From a virus, in IMG/VR virus record IMGVR_UViG_3300017971_007885, positions 36,483 through 100,482 of that record: a stretch of DNA of 64,000 bases, one strand, 5' to 3'. The notes beneath the pieces are model-generated. The model worked only from the letters and a program-made list of their open reading frames with translations. It did no database searches and was not told the origin of the DNA. Shown here piece by piece: positions 50,139 to 60,572 of the stretch. The position numbers and the translations under genes are program-made. Numbering within the stretch: position 1 is the stretch's first letter; the number at the start of each line of letters is the position of its first letter.

Positions 50139-50308
50139 CGTAAGAGGAACGCAAAAAATTAGGCGCAAGCACAGACATGCGCCGGGCCTTGTGGAAGGGG
50201 TCAATCACACGGAGATAAAGCACCTTTTTGGGTGGATCTTTGGTCGTATCCTTTGCCGTGTGAGGCGACTTCCATAGACCACAGATTCACCCAAGAGGGT
50301 GTTTTTTT
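50139..50308 (+). ncRNA. Candidate sRNA or attenuated leader (about 170 nt)
   Basis: Hairpin GGCGCA/TGCGCC, long stem TCACACGG/CCGTGTGA, terminator CACCC-AAGA-GGGTG-T7. Confidence 0.5.
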
Positions 50309-50325
50309 ATTAGAAGGGAAGTACA

Positions 50326-51293
50326 ATGCCAGCCTACGCCATAAACATAGCCGACCTATCCGCCCAGATCCAGAGGCGTGGCCAGATGTGTCCGCCCATG
50401 CTGATGCTCTCGGATCTCTTAACTCGGGAAACCGTCAAATGTGAAGGGAATCGGCTGGATGGTGATGCGCTCTTGCTGGATGTGGATCAAGAGCGGATGG
50501 AAGCGATTTTGGACATTTTGAGGAACGGGCTTGGCCGGTTGCCAGGTATCCCCAAGAATCTATTCCGCATCTACATGGCCAAGAACGCCACGGCCAGAAC
50601 CTGGAAGCGGGTGTGATGTGTTTGAAGTGACCATTACTATCCGGGGAATCCAGGACCATAGTGGCAAGGGTGAACACACAACCATCATAACCCCTATGCA
50701 GGTAGCAGAGTTAGAGTTTTTAACCATGTCAGCCATAGCGGCCAAGGAAGGCCGATCGCCTGATAGCTGGACACTAGAAGACATGGCACGGTTATTTTGT
50801 GGGTGTTCTTCAGCCGGGATCGATCTGTTTTTGGCTGAATATGGCAAGAAGCGAGTAGAAGAGAAGCGCAAGGAAGCCCGAAAGCTTGTAATCGAAGGGC
50901 CATAGCCTTGCGCTTTTTGGTTTTTGCGCAAAAAGTCAGAAGGGACAGCACGTGATTATCAATCAAAATCCAAAGTTTGGCCATGCGGACGTGTACCCAT
51001 GGGCCAACTCGACAGAAGAGGCGCGGCGGCAAAAACGGATCACCGTTACGATAGAAGGGCTTGTGCAATACGATAGCCGATACTGGACAGAACAAGAATT
51101 CATCGAATACATAAGTACGCTTTCTCGGGGCTTTGCAGAAGCTTTTACTCTTGCGGTTGAAGCAAAAGCCAGGTCAGAAGCACACAAGAAAAAGGTCCGG
51201 ACACTATTGGCCGCTATGGAAACGCAAAAGGGATCAATGGCGAAAAATGATCCAAAATTTTGCGGGCTAGAATCGGGTACCAATGAAACCTAA
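50326..51293 (+). other. Three hypothetical CDS: 50326-50616, 50618-50905, 50952-51293
   Basis: Co-oriented ORFs with SD-like sites. Confidence 0.55.
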
Positions 51294-51915
51294 AAAGTTC
51301 CTTTTTAAGGCGGAAAACTACGAGTATTATCAAGATGGCAAGTGGGCCAGGGCTGTAGAGATCCCTATCTTCCGGCGCATCTTGGCACGGGAATTTGCCC
51401 GAGATGACCGTTATATTCCGATCGTTCTGGAAGTCGGCAATGTTATGGCGCATCATACCAACTATAGACCTGGAGAGCATTACGATGTGTTGGACCTATA
51501 CGAGCATGAGCCGGGCGTGATCAATAAAGACGCAACGTTTTGGCGGACAGGTGCGAATAACTACAGCTTGATCATATCCGTTTCGACATTTGAACACATT
51601 GGCCAGGCCAGGTATGAAGGCACGGATCAGCTATTCAGACCGATGGCTGCCGCTCTGAACCTCTTCACTTGGTGTTTAGCCTCACATGGCAAGATGATTT
51701 TTTCAATCCCTCTCAAATATCGCCGGGCCGGTGATATCATGGTATGGAACGCTTTCCCAGAGCAATGGATCCGGGTCAACTTTTTGCGCAATTGTGGCAA
51801 TGGGGTTTGGGAGCAGGTAAGCAGAAAAGAGGCACGAAGGATCGGATACTATGGCAAGCCGTATCCTGGAGCGAATGGGTTGGCTATAGTTCAGGTCCAG
51901 AAACCGCCACTATAA
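51283..51915 (+). CDS. SAM-dependent methyltransferase-like protein
   Basis: VLEVGNV...VLDLYE...LIISVSTFEHIG. Confidence 0.6.
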   Translation: MKPKKFLFKAENYEYYQDGKWARAVEIPIFRRILAREFARDDRYIPIVLEVGNVMAHHTNYRPGEHYDVLDLYEHEPGVINKDATFWRTGANNYSLIISVSTFEHIGQARYEGTDQLFRPMAAALNLFTWCLASHGKMIFSIPLKYRRAGDIMVWNAFPEQWIRVNFLRNCGNGVWEQVSRKEARRIGYYGKPYPGANGLAIVQVQKPPL

Positions 51916-52118
51916 TGGAAAATTACGAACTTGACGAAAACGCCAATATTATGATGGCCAGGGCGCTCCGGTTGGCGGTGATTCAGAGCCAGTATAATGC
52001 CGGGCGTTTAACACTCGAACAGGCACAAGAGCTATTGCGGGGGCCGTTGTCCCCGAGAAAGGGCAACGTGTATGATGATTCCGATCAATTGAGAGTGAAA
52101 AGCGGGGCAGGTGCGTGA
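51915..52118 (+). CDS. Hypothetical protein
   Basis: TAATG coupling. Confidence 0.45.
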   Translation: MENYELDENANIMMARALRLAVIQSQYNAGRLTLEQAQELLRGPLSPRKGNVYDDSDQLRVKSGAGA

Positions 52119-52164
52119 AGGGCTCAGTACCCGGATCGGGTGGGTTCGATTCCCACTACTCGCT
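52102..52164 (+). pseudogene. tRNA-like remnant
   Basis: Perfect T-arm GTGGG-TTCGATT-CCCAC and 3' acceptor half TACTCGC; D-arm and anticodon arm degenerate. Confidence 0.4.
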
Positions 52165-52172
52165 ATTATCAA

Positions 52173-52730
52173 AGTCAAAAGCAGGGCACGACCAGGCAAT
52201 GGAGTGGCGAAGTCCTAGATCCAACCACCGTGTAACCTGTACTTGACGCCAGGATATAAACAACTAGGCCAACCTAAAGCGGCACTAATCGAAAAACCTG
52301 GAGTGCCGCCATGGTCCAAGGGGAACGTAAGGCGCTATGCCGTTTACGGTGTTGTGCGATCCCTACCTGATAACGATCCTTGCGGTCGTTTCCCGTTCCG
52401 ATGTACCAGACAAGCCCACCACATGGGGCGTGGCTACCGGAAGCCAGGGGTACGGGTTTAGCATCCAAGTTGCCGAAAGGCAACCGGTTATCTAGGAACC
52501 AGGGCCGGAAGGATGTCTTTTTGAGCGTGGCTGATTGTGGATGTGCCAGGCTATCTAGTTGGGCGTCAAGATCACGGATTATCAATGCCGTGGCCGGGTT
52601 TAATAGGGAGAGATCCGTCAAGTGCCGATCAAATTTGCCACATTGTGGCAGTCATGAGAATGCTTTCAGCATTGTCCTACGGACAGTAGAATGCTAACTA
52701 ACATTCTGACTCTTGATCCATCAAAGAGCA
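52173..52730 (+). ncRNA. Large structured ncRNA candidate (about 550 nt)
   Basis: Nested long-range helices and more than ten hairpins, including GTTGCC-GAAA-GGCAAC; no credible ORF. Confidence 0.6.
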
Positions 52731-52850
52731 AAAAGTGGTACACTTTGATCCACATTTGGGAGATCGAGATTGCACTAAGGTCAAATTTGGTATAAAATGA
52801 TCCAGATTGCTTACTTACTAACCAGATCGTATGGACGATGAGCAAATCTA

Positions 52851-53474
52851 TTGTGTGTATACGATTGGTCAGCCGGTAAGATCAACGTGCTACTAGAGCA
52901 GTGGCGTGAATTGCGCCTAGATCGGTTTGAAGCAGTGGGCGTTTTGGAGCTATTATCATTCAGCCGGATCAAAAAACAAACGATTGAAGCGATTGTGAGC
53001 AAAGCCAAGGCTTTGGGCTATGACCTGGAATCGGAAGAAGTGGGAAGCCGTCAATCTGAAACGGGCCATTGGCTGATTATGCCCAAAATTTTGCACAAGT
53101 GGTCGGTTGTCTATGAAGACGGTTACCCGGTGGATAAAGAGCGGGCAACGTTGGCATTTATGCACGTGCGCCAGAATCACAAGGTTGCATTCACAAACGT
53201 GCAATCTCGTGGCCTCTTTAATCCCACCATCCCGAAGCCGGAGCCCGATGGTTACGAGATCGTTATGTTGGAGTGGTCGCTTGTAGCCGTTGTTTCTCCG
53301 GAAGGTGCGGTGACCTGGGGGAAAACGGCCCTTGATGATCTTGTAACTCGGGTGCTTCATGGGAGCATAGAAGAGAACAAAATCAGCCGGGCGCTCCAGA
53401 GCCAGATCAATGATAGATTATCAATCCGTTGGTTGTCTTTGGATGGACAGGAAGCAAAGAACAGAGAGGATTAG
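52851..53474 (+). CDS. Hypothetical protein (start uncertain)
   Basis: Long ORF downstream of TTGCAC-N17-TAAAAT (52770-52798). Confidence 0.55.
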   Translation: MCVYDWSAGKINVLLEQWRELRLDRFEAVGVLELLSFSRIKKQTIEAIVSKAKALGYDLESEEVGSRQSETGHWLIMPKILHKWSVVYEDGYPVDKERATLAFMHVRQNHKVAFTNVQSRGLFNPTIPKPEPDGYEIVMLEWSLVAVVSPEGAVTWGKTALDDLVTRVLHGSIEENKISRALQSQINDRLSIRWLSLDGQEAKNRED

Positions 53475-53477
53475 AGC

Positions 53478-54044
53478 ATGAGAGGCATTTCCTTCAGTGC
53501 ACAGATGATTCAGGCGATCCAGAATACCCAATTTGACCGTTATCCTGCTTTGCCTTTGGACGATCCGGCCGGCGCGATCAAATGTCATACCCGGAGAAAT
53601 CACCAAGATGTACAATACCACGTTGGTCGGGTGTACTATGTCAATGAGCCTTTGATCCGGGTCAAGCACGGGGCCGTGTATGAAGCGGACGGTGTTCCGG
53701 TGACCGGTGAAGATGGTCGCCAGGTGGCATGGCAGTGGCAACGGGATCGGCTTCCAGCCATTTTTATGCCCAAATACGCCAGGCGGGAATGGGTGCGGAT
53801 TATCAAGGTCGAAAGGTCCACACTTGGGGCCATGGGCGTGATGGATCTCGTGTATGAAGGGCTCTTGGTGACCAATGACCAAATGAATACGCTTTACCCC
53901 GATGGTTGGGGGGCGGTGGAAGAGGAAAAAGAATACCGCCAGGAGTGGAAGAAGCTGTGGGAAACTCTGAACGGGCGGGGTACCTGCCAACCGAGTATGA
54001 AGGTGATGGCGTATCACTTTGAACGGGTGCACGAACCTAAATAA
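53478..54044 (+). CDS. ASCH/PUA-like phage protein
   Basis: GISFSAQMIQAI...KCHTRR...AIFMPKYARR. Confidence 0.6.
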   Translation: MRGISFSAQMIQAIQNTQFDRYPALPLDDPAGAIKCHTRRNHQDVQYHVGRVYYVNEPLIRVKHGAVYEADGVPVTGEDGRQVAWQWQRDRLPAIFMPKYARREWVRIIKVERSTLGAMGVMDLVYEGLLVTNDQMNTLYPDGWGAVEEEKEYRQEWKKLWETLNGRGTCQPSMKVMAYHFERVHEPK

Positions 54045-54067
54045 TTGGCAACACGAAAGGGTGCTTC

Positions 54068-54760
54068 ATGAAAGTAGAAAATGAACTCGGGGTAATCGTC
54101 CAGTTTGCCCAACAGTGCAAAGAACAGGGATGGGAGATCGTTTCAATCCGATCCCAGTTTCCAGACGCGATTATCAAGCCTTTTGATGCCGATCGAGTAT
54201 ACTTGGTTGAATTCGAGTTTCTAGCTTCCGACTTTATGCTTCACAAACATGATCTGCGGGAATGTGACATAATTGTGTGTTGGTTGAATGACTGGGCGGA
54301 TTGCCCTATAACTATTTGGGGGTTATCTGAGGATGGCAGTTGGCCCAATGTGGAGAATGTTACGGATGAACAGATAGAGCTTTATCAGTTGAAACAGGAA
54401 AACACGGGTCTAAAAAAACAGATCAAAAAATTTGCATCGGGAATATTTGAGGGTGTGGACACTGAAGATCTCGATGCTGATAGTTTAACGTTTTCCGAGC
54501 TTCTTACTTTCAATGCCCTATCTAAAGCAAACGGTGGTATTTGTACTCGCTACAAGTTGAAGCATGAGCTTTGGGAAGATGCTGAAGTGGATAATAGCCG
54601 GTTAGAGAAAGTTATATCTAGATTGCGCAAAAAGTTGGTCGGATCGAACTTTTTCATATGTACGATCCGGGGCCGGGGATATAAATTGATCGAGAAATTG
54701 CCAGAAATGTCAGCTTCATGTCAGGAAACTATTCCGGAATCTGGTATACTAGAAGCGTAG
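54068..54760 (+). CDS. PD-(D/E)XK-like domain fused to an OmpR/PhoB-type winged helix (Trans_reg_C)
   Basis: FPDA...VEFEF...CDIIVCW; C-terminal LW...NSRLEKVISRLRKKL...ICTIRGRGYKL. Confidence 0.75.
   Translation: MKVENELGVIVQFAQQCKEQGWEIVSIRSQFPDAIIKPFDADRVYLVEFEFLASDFMLHKHDLRECDIIVCWLNDWADCPITIWGLSEDGSWPNVENVTDEQIELYQLKQENTGLKKQIKKFASGIFEGVDTEDLDADSLTFSELLTFNALSKANGGICTRYKLKHELWEDAEVDNSRLEKVISRLRKKLVGSNFFICTIRGRGYKLIEKLPEMSASCQETIPESGILEA
54708..54750 (+). promoter_or_regulatory. Repeated early promoter, copy F
   Basis: TGTCAGCTTCATGTCAG-N20-TATACT inside the 3' end of the wHTH gene. Confidence 0.8.
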
Positions 54761-54805
54761 GACCGAACGGACAAACGAGCAAGATACCAGATAGGAGAAC
54801 AAACG

Positions 54806-56137
54806 ATGTTGCAATTAGGCTTGAAAGTGACTTTTGAATTAGTGGAAGGCAAAACCACGGTTGGCCAGATCGTGAATTTTGCCGGTGGGATGCAGCAAGC
54901 AGTTGTGCGCACATCCAATAACCAGATTTGGAGCGTGCCGGTTGGGCAATTGACCGTGAGCAAAGAGCTAACACGGGCCGCTTACCTGGAAGCCTTCAGG
55001 AGCATGACCGTTATGGCCAATTCTATTCGGGATTGGGAAGAAAAGCGAAATGCCGGGCTTCCCGCTGTTGGGCTTCCGGCATGCAGGGATCGGTACGAGC
55101 AAGCCGATGCCTTAACCAGGCGGATCGAAGCGTGGGCCGGGTCGGTTGGTTTTGCTTTGCCGGATTACTCGGAAGTACAACGTTACTGCAACGGTGGTTT
55201 TGGCGTTTCAGGCCAATAGAAGGGGTTATCAATGGAATTCACAGTAAAGAATTACAAACGGGATCGGCGGTTTGGTTGGGGTTGGACTACTCAACCAACG
55301 GGCCATGGTACAGAAATCGAAACGCCAGGAGCGCCGAGCTACTTGGGCACGTTGGCCCAGTTGCGGCGGGAAAGGGCAACCGATGCCGCTTTTAACAGTT
55401 TGGGCGGCGCGTTCTACAACACGGCATGGTTTTATCAAGGCAAGCGCATAACCCACACGTGGGTCTATACCATCGTGGAAACGGCGGACGATTTGCCGGG
55501 CAATCCAGATACGGTGAGAAGTTGGTGGGTACAGAATCAGGAGCATCATTACAAAAATGATCGCTATGGCTACGCTTGGGTGCCGGGCTTCCGGTTGGAT
55601 TTGATAGATCCTGATGATGTTCTGAAAATTCGAACGGCTGATTAGAGCGGGTACACCCGATAGAACAGGAACAGATCAATGGATAGCTGTGTAGACTGCG
55701 GAACACTTTTCAAGACGAAGCGTGAACTTTACGCCCACACGGTGGAAGACCATGGCGGGGCGCTTTTGGTGGCCGATCTTGACGGTTACGAGAAGGCCGT
55801 GGTAAACCTCAACATCCCCCCGGCTAAGATCAAGGCCATGCGCACCATGGCCACGGTAGCGGCCAATTCGATGGGGCTCCAGGCCGATCACATCGCTTAC
55901 CCGATGGAAGAGAACGAGATCCAGGTTGTCTATTGCGGCGACACCATCAAGCTGAAGGCCCAAGTGTGGGAGCATCTTTCCATTTTCCCGCCTTCTCGCG
56001 TGTCCAGAACGGAAGAGGATACCAGGCCAATGGTTTACGCAAGCAAGGATGGTTTCACCGTCCACTTTCGCAACATGCCGGAAGGCGTGCGGGTGCGGAA
56101 TATCTATTACACGGATTATTTGGCGATTGTGGAATGA
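54806..56137 (+). other. Three hypothetical CDS: 54806-55219, 55232-55645, 55679-56137 (last has an N-terminal C2H2 finger)
   Basis: SD sites; CVDCG...ELYAHTVEDH. Confidence 0.6.
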
Positions 56138-57027
56138 AGATCGCCTACTCCAACAAGAAGATCAAGGCCAGGAAACGGGCCTTGATCGTTTCTGCCAACC
56201 AGATCATAGAAGAGTACCAGGCCCAAAACTTTAATGTGACCTTGCGCCAGTTGTATTATCAAATGGTTGCCCGAGACTTGATCCCCAACACGGTGAATTC
56301 ATACCAACGGTTGGGCCAGGCGATCGGTGATGGCCGGATGATCGGGCTTGTGGACTGGGAAGCGATCGTGGATCTAACTCGGGAACTGCGGGGCCGGGGT
56401 CATTGGGATAGCCCGATCGCCTTCATAGAGGATGCCCACCATTGGTTTCACAAAGATCTATGGGCAGATCAATCGACTATTCCGGAAGTGTGGGTGGAAA
56501 AAGATGCGCTCCGGAACGTTGTGGACCGGGCGTGTACTAAGCTTGATGTGCCGTATTTTGTTTGCCGGGGTTATCCTTCAATAAGCGAGATGTGGATCGC
56601 CGCTCAGAGAATCCGAGAACGAGCAAACAACGATCAAGATACGATTATCATTCACCTTGGGGATCACGATCCGAGTGGGATCGACATGAGCCGGGATATT
56701 TTTGATCGGTTGAACACGTTTATAAACCATCATGGGTGTGAAGGGTGGCTTCAGGTAGACCGGGTTGCGCTCAACATGGACCAGATCCAGATCTACGATC
56801 CGCCCCCAAACCCTACCAAGCTGACCGATAGCAGGGCCGGGGCATATGTCCAACAGTATGGATATGAGTCTTGGGAACTTGACGCCCTGGAACCCAATAC
56901 CTTGATCGTCTTGATTCAGAACAAAATCGCAGAAGCGATCGATGATTTGGATCAAATGAAAGTCCGGGTTAAGGAAGAGGTTCACGGACAGCAACGGATC
57001 AAGAATACCAAGAGCCTTCTATACTAG
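56134..57027 (+). CDS. Toprim-domain protein (Topo VI-A/JetD-like)
   Basis: TLRQLYY, VWVEKDAL, RGYPS, GDHDPSG, WELDAL. Confidence 0.8.
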   Translation: MKIAYSNKKIKARKRALIVSANQIIEEYQAQNFNVTLRQLYYQMVARDLIPNTVNSYQRLGQAIGDGRMIGLVDWEAIVDLTRELRGRGHWDSPIAFIEDAHHWFHKDLWADQSTIPEVWVEKDALRNVVDRACTKLDVPYFVCRGYPSISEMWIAAQRIRERANNDQDTIIIHLGDHDPSGIDMSRDIFDRLNTFINHHGCEGWLQVDRVALNMDQIQIYDPPPNPTKLTDSRAGAYVQQYGYESWELDALEPNTLIVLIQNKIAEAIDDLDQMKVRVKEEVHGQQRIKNTKSLLY

Positions 57028-57040
57028 AAATTGAGGGACC

Positions 57041-57283
57041 ATGAGCGGTTGGAACAAGTCAGGATTTGCAACCACGGGGCACCGTCTTCAGTATCTGGAG
57101 CGGTTATTATCAAGGCCGGAAGGGTGTACTCAACAAGAGTATATTATGGTGACCGGGCGGGCGATCGATCGTCAAACCTGGATATCAGATCTATACATCT
57201 ATGCTCAGTGTGCAGGTATGGCGCTCAAGCGGATGGAAGAGCCGGGCCGGTGGCAGTTGATTAGATCGGATGAGGTATCATGA
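57041..57283 (+). CDS. Small HTH-like protein
   Basis: RLQYLERLL...DRQTWISDL; coupled to the next gene. Confidence 0.4.
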   Translation: MSGWNKSGFATTGHRLQYLERLLSRPEGCTQQEYIMVTGRAIDRQTWISDLYIYAQCAGMALKRMEEPGRWQLIRSDEVS

Positions 57284-57723
57284 GCGAACCCATTGCCAGC
57301 TTTACCGGGCAATATGCGTTCTTGTCCAACTTTAGCAGATCAATACTCTACGTGAACGGCTATGTGTATGCCACGGTGGAACATTATTTTCAAGCCCAGA
57401 AGACCGATGATGCCCGTTGGCGGGCCAAGATACGCCAGGCCCAGACGCCAGGGGCGGCCAAGTTGTTGGGCAATGCGTGTCCTTTGCGCTCAGACTGGGA
57501 GCAGGACAAGGAAAACGTCATGTATAGGGGGCTCCAAGCCAAGTTTGCCGATCCGTTTTTGCGCAAAAAGTTGCTTGCCACGGGTGACCGGGAATTGATC
57601 GAAGGCAATCAGCACGGGGATCGAGAGTGGGGGCAGGTCAACGGGGTGGGCGAAAATAAACTTGGCAAGCTTTTGATGAAGCTCCGGGAAGAGATCCGGG
57701 CCAACCGGACGGTGACGTTATGA
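57280..57723 (+). CDS. NADAR (YbiA-like) hydrolase
   Basis: FLSNF...TVEHYFQAQK...AKF...LLATGDRELIEGN...WG...GENKLGKLLM. Confidence 0.92.
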   Translation: MSEPIASFTGQYAFLSNFSRSILYVNGYVYATVEHYFQAQKTDDARWRAKIRQAQTPGAAKLLGNACPLRSDWEQDKENVMYRGLQAKFADPFLRKKLLATGDRELIEGNQHGDREWGQVNGVGENKLGKLLMKLREEIRANRTVTL

Positions 57724-60559
57724 GCGATTTTATCAATCAGCTACCCAAAGATGATCGGGTTTGGCCGGGTCGCCAGGCTTATCAGAAGGTGGATGATCCG
57801 TTTTTTGACGATCTTTATGCCGTGGGCTATGCCATCAAGGGCGGGAAGCGGCTCCGGGTCAACAAGATCTTTTTAACCCGAGAACAGATCAGGGCGTTGG
57901 CCGTGGGTGCGGAAGTGGAATTTTATATGGTCGTTATGTGCCAGGCGGGCTACTCGTGGGAAACGCCCCACAAGTACATGTTGGGAGTATTTTCGAGCAA
58001 GGTCAAAGCGCATGAAGCTGGAAAAGCTGAATCAGATAGCCGGGGCGGTTCCTATCGTTATGCAGTCCAACCGGCTCAAATAGATCAACCGTTAAAGTAT
58101 TGGAGAGAAAAGGAATAACCATGAAGCTTTACAGGTCACATGGCAATAAGCGGATGTTGAAGTACCAGGGTTTCCATATTATCAATCCTGAAACGCTCAA
58201 GGCGTTTTGCGGCGATGATCCGCAAGCAGATCCGAGTGAAGATGGTAAACACTTTGAAGGCATTGCGGGGGATGACTTGCCGAAAGGGGAACGCTTTTGC
58301 CGGGAGTGTGTGCACGCCAAGAGTGGCTACAAGGTGGAAAATATCCAGTATGGCCAGGTGCGGCGTTATGGGCCGTCTGTGTACAAGTGGCACGTTACCG
58401 ATCTGACAGGTGAGCGGCCGGCGGAAGAAGTCAAAGCCTATTGCCGGACACACGTGCGCCAGGTGCCGGGCAAAAAGGATCCGGACTATCATCCGCTCAA
58501 CGAACACTATCAGGGCTTTGGTTTGGTGAGTGGCCACACCTATTATTATCAAACCGGATGCGAATGGAACGGGTAAAGGAGCGGATCATGGATGGAATAG
58601 AAAAAATGTTGCAGGATAAAGAAAAGCTTGATGCCCAGTTAGAGGCTCAACAAGGGGTTGTCAAGGCCAAAGAACTTGAAGTATTGCGAACTTGGCTTGT
58701 TGGTCGTCTGGATGTTGATTTTAAGGCTGTGGGGGGGTTTCCGTGGCAATACTTAGCAGAAGACGATCCAGGGATCGGGCCAATTATGCTTCTTTACAAG
58801 GGGGCGGTGCATTTTGAGATCCGGGGCCACGAGCCTACCAATGAAATCGTGGTCATTATCCAGGGGCGGCAGTACCGGAATAGGCATGGTCATAATGTGG
58901 GTGACTTTTGGGCCATGATATCTGGAGTGCTCAAGGTGAAACTGGAAGAGCATGAAGCGGTGGTGGAAGGGAGCAAGCGGAAGTTTTGGAAGGGCGTGGA
59001 TTATCAATCTTGGGGCATTGCAAACTTGGGAAGCGTTGGCCGGGACTATGAACGGGCAAAGGATATACTCCGGGCCTTGACCGATGACATAACAGAGCAG
59101 GAACTTGCCAAGATGCAAGAGCAATTGACCATCGCCGGGACCAAACTGGAGAACTTGGGCCGCCGTGCCCGAGAAAAACGACATGATGAAGCTGTAGACG
59201 TGGAACGGCTCCGGCGCAAGTCGGCACGGCATTCTACATGGAAAGAAGTCCGCAAAGAACGGCTCAAGTTGGCACTTTTTTATCCGTTTGCTTATTATCA
59301 AGTCTTCTATGGCACAAGTGAAGACGACTATATCACATCCAGGTATGCCGATCCGATTGAAGGCGATTGGTACGATGATTTGAATTCGAGTGGTGAGCGT
59401 ACCAAAATCCCCATGGTAGTCAAGGTGGAACGGATTGTGGTGGATGACTTGGCCGGGTGTGACTACAATTCATGGTGCCGGTACAAAACCCAAGTTGGTA
59501 CTATTTACACGGCTCCGCCCAAGGAACGGGATTTTGAACGGCTGGAAACGGCATACCCGGACGGTTACGAACAGGTTCAAGTCGTTATTCCCACGGGGTA
59601 TCTATTGCGAGGGGACGATCTTGCGGCCAGTGTGAATTTTGAGCCGTTGCCTTTGATACCTGGAGAGTGGCATGCGCCGTGGTCGTGGCTGGAGCAACAA
59701 GAGAACGAGCGGCAATTGATGAGTGATCTTGATGCTTTTGCCGAAGAGATGGGTTTCTTTGTTCCTGAATCACTCCAGGAGTGGGCCGGGATTATCAAAG
59801 GATCGCCGTGGGGCAAAGACCTGGAAGTGTTCTTGGGGTTGTGTCGATTTCCGAAATCGGAAGCCGCTTTACCGCCCACTATGGAAGGATGGCATGGCTA
59901 AAATTTGTACACCGACAAAGGCATGGCGCATTCATCCAGGGCGTGGAGCATGGCACTTGTTGCGCCCTAACTATATCGATCGGCAGACTGGCAAACAAGT
60001 TACCGTTTGTGGCGTGCCGATTTGACAGAAATGTGAAAGTAAGCCGGTGGCTGACTTGAATTTGAGGCGGGATCGGGTATGCACTGTATGCCTGGGTCCG
60101 TGCACTATAAAATGACCATGGATAGAGAGGATTATCAAGATGGTAGATCAACCTAAAGATTTTGTAATTTTCCCCGGCGCTCAGACAGGGATCCGAGTGG
60201 ATCGACTTGTGGCGTGGCTTCCGGCTGAAGAAGTACCGATGGATGACTTGAACGGCAACCCCGTGACGCCCTTGGCGTTTCACGTACAGGGTATGCAGGA
60301 CGATTATACGATCTTGGTGCGAGATCCTGAAGACGTGAAAGCGTTCTTGTTGGGTGCCTGGAACGAGATTCAGCTTGTGCGAATTCTCCGGGATGCTTGC
60401 GCGGATGCGCTCCGGTGGCTGGATGGAACGTATAACCAGGGTGAGCCGGACGATGAGCGGCCAAAGTGGGGTGACGATCAAGAGATGGACGATCTTTACA
60501 ACCGTTTAGGGCGGCTGATTGCGCTTGTGGATGGTGAACCGTTCGTGCCCAAGTCGTGA
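57720..60559 (+). other. Hypothetical CDS: 57720-58118, 58121-58576, 58588-59901, 59894-60025, 60140-60559
   Basis: Coupled co-oriented ORFs with SD sites. Confidence 0.55.
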
Positions 60560-60572
60560 AGGGGGATTATCA

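Noticed and set aside
52102-52164. Functional tRNA or tRNA-Sec
   Set aside because: Too short, no D-arm or long variable arm, and no CT-TCA-A anticodon loop
52797-52870. ATG...TGA in frame with ORF 52851 (possible readthrough)
   Set aside because: The ATG overlaps a predicted -10 box, the SD is poor and the hairpin is weak and G-U rich; worth a homolog check only
40344-54750. CRISPR array or integron attC sites as the explanation for the 45-bp repeat
   Set aside because: Copies are about 0.7-5 kb apart, not palindromic, and each ends in a -10 box oriented toward the downstream gene
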